From contig NC_047069.1 of assembly GCF_902459465.1 (NCBI RefSeq), positions 4,650,001-4,714,000 of the forward strand: a stretch of DNA of 64,000 nt, read 5' to 3'. This document shows, in pieces, positions 10,517 through 22,300 of this stretch (its first letter is position 1; each line of letters begins with the position of its first letter). A program made the position numbers and the translations under genes. Below the pieces are notes generated by a model. It was not told where the DNA came from and did no database searches. It worked only from the letters and a program-made list of their open reading frames with translations. The DNA comes from Asterias rubens. Taxonomy: Eukaryota.

Positions 10517-12388
10517 TCGTCCATACGGGTCCATCCTGCTCATCAGTTTATTACAAGGTTTTGTTAGGTTCAAATAGTTGATGAGGCGTTACCGTGATAT
10601 CTGCTTAGCATGGAAAACATTTCCAAACTTTTGGATAACGGTTTACACACTTTGTGACGCTCCATGCTAAAACTTCGAATGGGATTGCACTAATTCGAGA
10701 AGTGACTGTTTTTGCCATGCTGCATCACAAATGATAAGAGTTTAGTGTGTTCATAATTTCATCCCGATTGTAAAAACATTGTTGTTGTTTTTTCGTGAAG
10801 TTTGTGATTGCATTTTTACATGAGTTTATTCCGAATCAAAAGTAATACCATTGGAATTTTGATTGGTTAAAATTCTCTGTTCGACCCCCCCCCCCTGTAA
10901 ATAGGTTCTTTTTAAGCTAGATATGACAGCATTGTCTATCGACTTGTACATATTGTGGTTGTGGGATCTATGCAAATGGAACATGAGAGAACAAGAAAGG
11001 GGACCAATTAATTTATAAATTCAATCTCAATTATCAATTATGTTTCCAGTGATTGTACATATTTTTTACTTTAAAAACAACAGATATGTTGAATACAAAC
11101 TACTTTTAAAAGCTTTGCTTTGAAGGACTGGTATGAACCCTTTGCACTGGTGATACACACGCGGCTACTGACTTTCGGTCTGGTTTGACTTTCAACTTGT
11201 ATGTAAAGATATGGTGATGTTGAAAATGCGCACATGCCACATTCAGTATGACCACTACACAGTTGCGTACAGGGAATCTAAATGGTGCAACAAATTTTAT
11301 TGAGGGGCTGGACATAGGGGTCCCAGTTCACACGGCTTTTATGCATACAAATTTGCTAAGCACTACAAACTCCTGCTTAGAAGGAGCTGGTTACCAGCCA
11401 AAATTACATAACTTTTACAATGTTGCAACTGGCGACTTATTTTTTGTTTAGCAAAGAAATTTGCACAGCATAATTTTCTGCTAAACACCTTTATGAAATT
11501 GGTCCTGGGTGAATTGGGTGCAGACTTGAAAGCAAGCTTTTGGGTTTAAAGTTGTTATTTTGAATTGTTTTGTCTGTATGATTTTCAGTGCAGTTTATTC
11601 AGAGCAGCTTTTACATTAATTCAGGGTTTAGTATGAAAGAAAAATCTAGGTTGTTTACTTCACTTTTTTGTTCACGTTTTGAGGATTACAGAGAAATTTG
11701 TTTGGGCTTTTAAATGCATTTATTCTGCAAAAATCGAATGAACTGACCATTGTTTTAAGAGGTGATTCGAGGCAAATGTACTTTGTTTTAATTGGTAATA
11801 GTGGACAAATAAAACAATGGTTTGTTCATGGTGGTGGTCATAAGTTATTTTTAGTTTTGTTTTGCCAATAATAAAACACAAACATGTAAATAGCAACAAC
11901 AAAAATCCTTGTTAATTGTAAATAATAGATTTTCTATTGCACAAGTCATTGATTTGACGTACCATGAGTTTGCCGTGGGGTTGATTACTAATACATGCAC
12001 TGACATTGTTTGGGGCCAAGTCTTAGTTTCTTACATTTAAATGATGCATAGTTGATGTGGACAATCAAAGGTGAAAGGTGGTATATAAATTGTGTGTACT
12101 GCGAGTAATGTGCCATTAAATAAACAAAGTGATTTTTAGACACTAGTTTTTCAGCAAATTTGTCTTTTGTTTCTGTTTAGTATGCAATGAATTTTGTACA
12201 GCTACTTAGGCATACAAAATTGAGCTATACAGTAATATTACCTAATTGAGGTGCCCTCTATAAAGGATAGAAAATGTATTAGTGACCTTTTCATTTAAAG
12301 AACGAAACTGCATGCCAGATATTCACTCTTGGTATGTCAAATTAGAACAGTCAGTACATCGGACTCAAGTTATGATCGACAGAGTCTA

Positions 12389-12581
12389 TTGACGATGTGA
12401 CCTATGTTTACATTCAAACAGCCCTCTGTTGACAAAACACTGTATACGTCATGTTTCGCCGGGCAAAAAGAAGCGTACTCATGGTAAGATTGCATACACT
12501 TTCTAGCTGGCTGCCAAAACACAAAGGTTTTGCCGGGGGTATGTTATGGTTTTCTGGTGACGTCACAGGTCACATCGTCTA
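12389..12581. mobile_element. MITE with t(a/t)gacgatgtgacct TIRs (Academ-like termini)
   Basis: ttgacgatgtgacct...aggtcacatcgtcta; 9-bp flanks cagagtcta/tagagtttg (decayed TSD). Confidence 0.6.
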
Positions 12582-14099
12582 TAGAGTTTGGGTTCGAATC
12601 CCGGTCATGGGCAAAAGACTTAACTGTAATTGACTCAATTCACCCTGGAGAAAATAGTTGTTGATGTAAATGCTAAGCAAACTTTGCGCTCGTTTGGCTT
12701 GCATACTGCAAGGAATTTATGCTTGAGACCAAGTGATTGATAAGTAGTGAAAGGGCCTAATATTATCATTATTAAATTAAAATTTGCAGAAATATCCTGA
12801 ACAAATTTGGTAGAATGAAGTTATCAGCTCAGTAAAATTTGGCCTATGAACAAAAATTGTTTTTATATAGAGGAAAAGTTTGTACTTTGTATATTTTAGA
12901 TAACATTGAACTTTTTATGGGCATTTGTATCCTCATTATTATCTTCCACAATTTTCATTTTTTGTGAGCATATGCCAGGTTAAGCAGTTAATGTCACCCA
13001 AAAGTTTGTTGATGAAGATCAAACTACTTGCAATTGCAACATGCTCAATTTAATCAAATTGTAATACTTGGAATGGAAGTTTGGTGCTGGTTTGTTGGGG
13101 GTTGTAAGAACAGACCTTATAATATGCACATTAAGTCATTTGAGTAGGGTGCCCCTGCTAGAGGCAAAAGCCACACCTTTACAAGATGTGCATTTTCCAT
13201 TGTTTCATCATCGTTTAACCTCTAAGATGGTGAGATGTCAATACACAAGTTCACGTTGCACATCATGTGAAGGCTTTCTTGGAATGAAAAAGTAAAAATA
13301 AAACTACAACTTATTTTGATTAGAAACATATTATTGTATTTTGTTATGTTTATTGTCTTTGTGTTTTTCATTACTGTACATCTCCTGACCTCATCCTTAG
13401 AATACACAGCGAATCATAAAGTTTTTCTTCTATTGCCTAATATACAGCACACATAAATGCTCACATGTTTGTCACAAGCTCGCTGTAGACAAATTTAACA
13501 ACATTTTTCTTTTCTTTTTTTCCCAAATATGACCAATCAGTGACTTTTTCTTAAATGAACCACACGTTAACACAGGCTAACATTCATCACACAAGCTGAT
13601 TGTTGAAATTTGTAGGGCCCTCAAAATCTTTTGAATAATAGTTTTTGGGGACATCGTGCAATTAATAGATTGTATCATATGCCAACCTGTGGGCTCTGTG
13701 CTTCAGATTTGACAAATTTAGGCTTAAAAAGTTGGTAGTATGTATTTGGCTTGGGAATGGGAGTAATGCCTCATGGAAACTTGCAGGCATCGAGTCAGTT
13801 GGGAAAAAATACATTTGCGGTGTGGTTTTTCCCAGAGCAATTAGCAAAAATTCCATAACGGAAATCAGAAGTTCAAGTTTAAAAAAAATTATCTGATTGT
13901 TTTCAAAAGGTTGAGAGAATTTAAATATTTGTTGAATACTTATGAATGTTTTAGCATTGGTTTATTTAGAAGGGAGCACCGTTAAGTATGAAGCCCGCCC
14001 TCTTGCAAAAAACTTGGCCAGTAAATGACAACTACACTGGTAATCCACATAATGGCCATAGTATAACCACACTATCTAAGGTAAATTGTCTGTTGATTG

Positions 14100-14243
14100 C
14101 CGCACACCAGTTACACATCGATAGTTCAATCTCTTATCTCTTTTCGTGGTAAATAAACGGACGCCCATCTGCCCGAAAAATAAGCGATTCATGATGTTGG
14201 TCCATTATTCATTTTCTTGATGATGTCAACTGTACCAGTGAAG
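14100..14243 (+). promoter_or_regulatory. Probable FHIP1 promoter / non-coding first exon (donor gaag|gtaaat at 14243), splicing to an acceptor at 16034
   Basis: GC box (gcccgccc ~13993), local CpG enrichment and a canonical donor; the start coordinate is approximate. Confidence 0.4.
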
Positions 14244-16154
14244 GTAAATATAGTTTCTTTTTAACTTCTAAATAATATTTACTTGTGAGTTAAAAGTGTA
14301 AATCATTTGTGCATTTTGTTGGTCAGTGTTTGTCTTGCTGTGAAGTTGGTTTAGTTTTGATGATACCAAAATCAAGTCATCAACTTGAAGTTGAACAAGA
14401 TCCATGACATTGGCATTTTTGGTGACCCTTTTTCAATTTTGGTTGCCTATGCCATTTAACTGTTTTGTTGCACTGGTCTGCAGTGCTGCTGTTTTCGTCC
14501 GCCCCTTCCGGCTCTAGTCTTGTTATTAATGTTGTTTCATAAAAAGTGCATAACAAGTGCATGTTTTATTTTAATTAATACTGCAGTCGTCTGCACACTG
14601 ACTGAGTGAGGGGTAGGCCTACCTACTCACTACTGACAGTGACACATCGTCACAACCACAGAACAACATGAACCAGCAACAAAGCACACTAAATCAAGCT
14701 CTGACTTCTGACCATGGTACCAATTGTTTGCTGGTACTTTCTATGTACAGGGAATGTACAAATGGTAGTCTCTGTCATGATTGTTTGTGTTTGTTGACGA
14801 AAGACTCTACATGGTAAATGATGCTAACAGTTTGCAATAAAATACAGCTTGCTACATTGACAGGAAAAAGACTAGATTAGTGCTGGCTCGGTTTGGTGTG
14901 ATAGTTTGGATGCTGCATCTTCAAGCTGCTTAATGAGGACCAGTTACTGAAATGTGTTGTTTTTGAACACCCATAAAGCAAGGTTTCCAAATTTGCTTGA
15001 AATATAAAAACTGGGTTTCAAAATTGTTCCCTTACATGCGTATGTAAATAATAAATACAACAGGGTGTCCAGAAGACACTCAGACACCCCTCTGGCTAAC
15101 ACTACGCCATGGACATGATGGAGGTGGAGTTAAGACAAGTCCACTTTATGAATTATGAAGACATAGGCCCCTAGCCCTAATATTATTTTTATGACAAAAA
15201 TATTAAAAGTGGACCTTTTAAGTTGTATGCCCTTATTATCATCACATGACCTTGTTGCACAGACACTGTATGGTTTTAGACGGGTCTAAATGTTGTATCT
15301 TGAAAATATGTAAACAACCTTGTGGCACAACTGCATTGTGTCGTTTAAAGTGGGAACACTGTCATACTTCTTAGCGCATCAAGGTCATGTGTCTGAGCTT
15401 GCGTTATGGTCCGAGATACAACTTTGTTGCTTTGAACATGTTAGCGAATTATGACCTGTATCTTTTTAATAACTTTTTTTGACAAAGTTTAAACTTAAAA
15501 GTTCAATCAAACAAAATTAAAGCATCTTTTGTATACATGCAAGTACTCAATTTCACCCCCAAATAACATACGACCTTGTTTCACTGACCCAACGTAATAG
15601 TCTTGGTACGGTGAGAAGTTGTGTCCACAAATGCAACAAATACACTGGAAACATTGCAATGATGACAGCCAGTATGACTTTTCATATAATGAGCCTTCAT
15701 ACTAAACGTAACGCAATACTTCAGTTCAAAGTACTACGGGCATACAATTTGCACTTGCTTTATACTTAACACATGTGAGTGAATGTCATCTTGTTTACTT
15801 AGTTGAGGTTCATTTTACACTTCTACACCCATGAACATTACACTCGGACAGATGTTCTCTTGCAAATGTACATGTACTTTGTAACATATCTGCTTGCTAC
15901 AAATTACAAGTATTTGTTGTACGGCGTAGATCGCACTGACACCTGTGCTTGTGTGTCACTGTGTTGATTTAAATTCTGTAATTTTTTAATTGATGGATAA
16001 TGTTTCCTGGTTTTTCTTTTAAAAAAACAACAGGATGTAAAAGTCTCAAACATGACACAGTGGTTTTGGCACACAGCCAAAATGGAAGTGAAATAAGAAG
16101 AGTCGTTGCTGTTGGTGACTTTGTGAACGTGTGTGAAATTGAAATCGCATCACC

Positions 16155-16338
16155 ATGAGTCGATTAATCCGGCGTTTATCAGGGTCTTCACTTTCGTCCA
16201 TTACCACCATTGGGGGGTCGACTAATGGGGCACCTCTACCGGGTGTTGTGGGGTCTGTCGGGCCCATGGCTATCCCTGCAGGAGCTGATCCCCAGGCTTG
16301 TTTTGAAGTGTTCTGCAGTCACTGGGCTCAAATCAAAG
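16155..16338 (+). CDS. FHIP1A: FHIP1 coding exon 1
   Basis: caccATG start; gtgagt donor, phase 1. Confidence 0.88.
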
Positions 16339-19300
16339 GTGAGTTCTAGAGTTCCTATGTGTATTTTTATCTATTGTCCTAGAGTTTGTTCTTAAAATGT
16401 TTTTGTCCTATAAAGGAAAGCAGGTTCTAACTAGCAGAGAAGATGATATGTTTTTGTTTGGCATAATTATTAAAACTTTGTAAAATCATAAAATTACTAA
16501 GTTTCTTTTCCCCCCTTTTTTGTAGAGGTCTTTTAGCCCTTATTTGTATCTGGTCAAAGTTCAGTGTTTTTTGTTTATTTATTAATATTTTTTTTAAATC
16601 ACTTTAAAAGTATGTTACTACTTCTTGCTAGTATCATTTCATGTTTTGTAAAAAAGAAAAGAACAAAATCTTGTACACATGGTTTATGAGAGTCCTGGAT
16701 TACATTGTCAATGAAGAAACTACATTTAAAAAACTATTTACTGCTGGTTGCTGATGATTGTTTATTTATGTGATTAAATAGACTAAAAAGTCTATTAAAG
16801 CCTACACCATGTAAGTCAGCCCTTGTCCTCGATAAAATATTCCTACTTTTTTTCCCAAAGGGCCAAATTATAACATGCCTGACTCATAAATCTAAATGGT
16901 TCTGTAATACATTGCCCCTCCAGGAATCATTGTCAAGCAAAATGCCAGTGGTGGTCGTTTCCCCCGCACCAAAGCCAGCTTTGACGACATCCAAGCAGTG
17001 GCTAACTACGCCACCCAGATGATGTACCTCCTAGTGGAGGAGACCCAACCCACAGAGGGCGTGATGGGCCACATGCTGGAGCTAACCATAGAGGAGAACG
17101 TGATGGACCAGCTGCTGTCGTGGGGCTTACAGTGCGGGGAACATGTTGAGGACATGAAGAGGGAGCTGTTACGAATCTATGAGATGATGCTGGCCCAGGC
17201 CAAGCAGGCTGTGCTGATGCATAATGCCCTGTTAAACCCGCTGTTGAGGTTGCTCATAGCGTGCTCAGAGTACTGCTCGGATAGAGTGGAGCTGCATCTT
17301 GTCTTGTTGTTACATCAGCTGTGTGTCTCATTATCAAAGGTAGAAATTTCAAATATATATTTGTTTTCTTTCTTACAACTGGTAGGCCTATCCTATTTAA
17401 TTTATTGGTTTTTTTTTCCTTTCCTTTTTTAGCTGAATACAGAATTTAGGGTTGCACTATAAAGTAAGAGACAATCGGTAATTAGTACGATATGTGCATG
17501 TCAGATCTACTGCGGGACAAACACAGTATGCTTGCTTCAAACAAAACAATTTGTTGTATTCACTTTTTTTCTAAGCGTTTGCTTTTCCAGTCTGACTATG
17601 AACAAATGTTTGAAGGCTTTTCATTCAACCTCTGGGAATTAAGATTTACAACGGTTCACATAAAAAAATTTCTTTGTGAATGTTTCCTTTCACTTGTCGT
17701 ATTTGAATCATCTATGCTGTCTTAAGTAAACCAAAAGCTTCTGTGATATGTCAATTATTGAGTGCCTTGCAGTTTTTGATACATACGTTGTGAATTACAT
17801 ATTTTGGTTAATTCAGCACAGGCCTGAAATTACATGAAGGCCTGAAATAACATGAAGGCCATAAAGGCCTTTGCTTCTGCTGCCCCAGGGTTTGGCTGTG
17901 GTGCCCCTTCAAAAGTTTCCCAGTAGGCATTTGATTTTCCAATGGAAGTGCCTTTTGTAAAATAAAAGTTGCCTTGCCCTCTCAAAGATGAAATTCCATG
18001 CCTGAAAACAGTTGTCATCTTTATCCAATTTTTTATTGTATACTTGTACATAAATAGCAATAAACCAAATCAATCAATTAATCAACCAATCAATCAATCA
18101 ATCAATATCATCGCTAATTCTACTGTTTCACTTACAGGACCCAATGCTACTGGAATATCTGTTCCATGCCAGCCCTAGCCAGGGGCCAGCCAAGTTCCTT
18201 CTCTTCTCTCTCCTGATTCCGTTTCTTCATCGTGACGGCAAGGTTGGCCAACAGGCCAGGGATGCCCTCCTTCTATGTATCTCCGTCTCTAGTCAAGGGA
18301 GTAATATCGCCAAGTACATTGCTGAGAGTACAAACCTTTGCCCGGTAAGTACATGGGTATAAATGAGTAACTGCTAGGATTGAGGTTGATAATGTGTTTG
18401 AAAAAGCCGCTGGGGCGCCACGGCAGTTCAGGTCTGTATACTCCCCATGGAGCTGAGAAAGATTAAAGCAATGTTATTGGCCCAATGACCAGGGCACTTA
18501 TGTAAAGCGCATTGAGATGTTATTGGGAGATGAGCTATATATAAGAACTAGTTATTGTTAAGTGTCTAGACTAGAACTCTAATGCACATTCTGCTGATCA
18601 GAAACACCAGAGCTTTTGAGTCTGGTGTACTTGACTGCTCAGCCACAACACTTTTACATTTTTTTTTTCATTTGGGATCATTTTACCACGCAATAATTTG
18701 TTAGGCAAAGAACACACCGTTAACCCCCTACTTCCTTTGGCAGGTCTTAGCAACAGGCCTGGGGGCATTATACTCACGGCTGCCACGTAAACTTGACATC
18801 CGGGTTGACCATTGGCACTGCTTGACCCGTGAAGATTGGACAGTAATCCCTGAACTTTGTATGTTCCTGCACTCGTTAGAATTCTGCAACGCTGTTGTCC
18901 AGGTAAGTACTAATTCAAGTTTGAATTCCTATGGAAATCTTTCAGGGATATTCTGTTCCCCTGAGATTCTGTCCCCCATACGGGGGCGCTATCAGAAGGT
19001 TGTTCACAGGTCGCCCTTATCCCTGGGGGGACAGAATCTCCCGCCACACCGGCATGAACTATCCAATGAACTATTATTTGAGAGTTGGTTAGTGCACAAG
19101 TTAATATCTGATTACTATACTCACTCACAGTGTTTCATATCTGTTTTGAAAAGAAGGGCATTAGCATGCAAAAACTAGGTTTTGTGTAGAAATGTGTATA
19201 TTGCCTGTATGTAAAATTACCATGCCTCATTCTTTGTATCACATCTTTAATAAGGTTTATTTTGTATTTTGATCCTATTTATTCTGACCTGATGTCTTTT

Positions 19301-22300
19301 GATCATATTTATTCTGATTCTAAATTTCTACAACGTGTTACAACATTGTTTTATTGCTGCAATTAATTCATGTGCTTGCTTTTTAAAAATGTTTCTACTT
19401 CAATGTGTGTGAATTTTTTTGTGAGCTGTTTCTTTTTGTTGAAAAAAAATGAAACTTTATTTGTTTTTCCCATGAAATATATCTGGTGTATTACAGGCCT
19501 AGAGTATTCTATTACTCTTTCCAGATGCAGCCGTTTCAGTTATTTTTACATCTGATTTCATGTACAGGAATCTGTTTGCTGAAAGTAACTTGAAAGAAAT
19601 GCAAAATATATAACGCTGTTGATGACCAAATCTAGTGTAATGTATTTGTTTGAATGCATTGTGTGCATAGCTTAGTCCTCTGTTTACATATCAAGGCAAA
19701 ATGGACCTAATCAATAACTCAAGGACATGAACAAGGTAGAATTAAAGTCTAGTATAAAGGCTGCTTTGTACTTTAAAAAACTCAATAACCAAACGTATTG
19801 TCAAACACTTAAATAATTTAAAGGAGACCCGACAGTACCTTGAGAAGTAGTTCTGCTTGAAATGCAGTCATGTTTCAGAAACATAAAGTTCTGGCCAGAA
19901 TAAATAAGACGGTATCACATACACATCATCAATTTTATTTATTTATTTATTTCCTCAAAACCTCCAAAAATGGAGAAGATAAAAAGATTTATAAAAATTA
20001 CTTCAAATATACAGTATAAGGGATATTAACACGAAATAAAGAAACAGGATAACACTGACACTCTCGGACGACCCCCAGACCATCTTGACAAGTATGAAAC
20101 AAAAGAATTGTCAGAACTTAGTAGTTGACCAAAAGCTCTACTTAGTAGTTGACCAAAAGCTCTATTCACAAATACAGCTAATGTGTTTGTGTTGTCATCT
20201 TTTAACTTTGCTTAAAGTGGTGTGGTGGTTGAACAGCATCTATCTGTTTTATTCTACTAGGTGGCACATCCGATAGTCAGTAATCAGCTCATACAATACT
20301 TCCATGATGGCTTCTTGGTACCAGTCATTGGACCAGCACTTCATCAGGTAAAATAAAACAACATTCATGCCTTGAATTTGTTCATACTTTCTGTCTTTTT
20401 GTGTATGTATTTGTAATTTTTGTTTGATTGTTTGTTTGTATTGAGGCTAGGGAGGGGATAGATCGACATGTATTTTTGTTGTAATAATGTTTTTTACAAT
20501 GTGAAATTGGAGGATAGGTACAAGTACTTATTTATTTGTTAACAGTTATTTATGTCACCCTAAATGAGTGAGGGGACCCTTAGTTATACCTGTCTTTTTA
20601 TTTGTTTTCAGGAAGAATAGTAAGATTTGAGTGATTTGTGTATACAGTGTATGCTCATAGTCTAAGTTATGAATTATTTATTAATGCATGTCTGGCAAAG
20701 CTGCACAGTGCATAGTTTTAGAACTCAAGGGTAAAAGTGAACTAGCTTGTCTAAATGTACATGTCAATTGCAAGTGGAAACATGTCGCTGTTTTATTTAG
20801 AAGTTGTTCAGGACATGAAACAGGCTCAATTTTGCTCACTTCTCAGTTCTTTGTTTGGTGAGATTTTGTTCTTTGTTGAGCATGTTTGTGATAAATGCGA
20901 AGGGCGTTTTAAATAAAACAAACTTTGTATAGTAAATATAAAAAAGGACAAATATAGAACGAAGGATAATTTTCTGAAATGTTCTGCTGTATGGACAGCA
21001 AGTAGTTCACCATGTGTTAGACCAGGGCCTGATTTCATAGAGGCTGCTTAAAAGCAGAAAATATTTCTTACAGTTTTTCTGCTAGGCACACCAATGTAGA
21101 ATGTAAAATGGTATTTAAGCGTGTATCCGATTTCTGGTAAGCATAATTTGTTTATAAATGCTTAAGCAGCTCTATCAGCTTTGTAAAATTGGTCCCAGGC
21201 CATTTGGGTTATTGTATTACAGTTATGATTGACTTAGATGAACAGCCAACATTTTGTAATTTTATAACCTAGACCCCATGAAGTGTGCTAATGGCCATTG
21301 AATGCCAAAGAGGGTTATCTTCTCTGGTCTGGTGTCACTTTCTGCAGGACACTTCAAATAATATGCTGCCATTAATACGTGTTTGCATAACATTACCGTT
21401 ACAAAATAATTCTAAAAGCATCTTCACTGTGAATTACAGCAGTGTTGACCTCAGAGTATTTGAAATGTAGGTCAAATTGTGCCGTTAAGTTTAGTCTTTA
21501 AATAGGATTTGGAACTTTGGATGATGGAAGTATTTAACTAGGAGAGATTTGCAGTAACACAGTGTAAATATCTCTTTCGAGTATAGTGTTGGTTCTGAAA
21601 AGAACCTGGGGTTTACGACTCAACGTTTCGACCAGTATGCTCTGATCGTCTTAAAGACAGTGGACACTATTGGTAATTGTCAAAGACCAGTCTTCTCACT
21701 TGGTGTATATCAACATATGCATAAAATAACAAACCTGTGAAAATTTGAGCTCGATTGGTCGTAGGGGTTGCGAGATAACTATGAAAGAAAGAAAAAACCT
21801 TGTCACACGAAGTTGTGTGCTTTTAGATGCTTGATTTCGAGACCTCAAATTCTTAACTTGAGGTCTCAAAATCAAATTCGTGGAAAATTACTTCTTTCTC
21901 GAAAACTACATCACTGCAGAGGGAGCCGTTTCTCACAATGTTTTATACTATCAACCTCTCCCCATTACTCGTTATCGTTACCAAGTAAGGTTTTATGCTA
22001 ATAATTATTTTGACTAATTACCAATAGTGTCCACTGCCTTTACTGGGAATGCTGGACTCTGTTTAGTCTACATTGTAAAGGCAAAAAAATAATTTTTGGC
22101 CTGATGTTTCGACTTTAATGGAGGTTCATAGTTTTGGGGCTAATCAGATTCAGTCTCCATTTATTTTAGCTGCTTGTAGTTCATCCTCATATTTCACTCT
22201 CGCTGGCCACAACTCAATCCAGGAAATTAGTGTAAAATCTCATTAAAGGCAAAATAAACCTGTCGCTTTTGGAACCGTACGATTGTGATAATGCTATATA

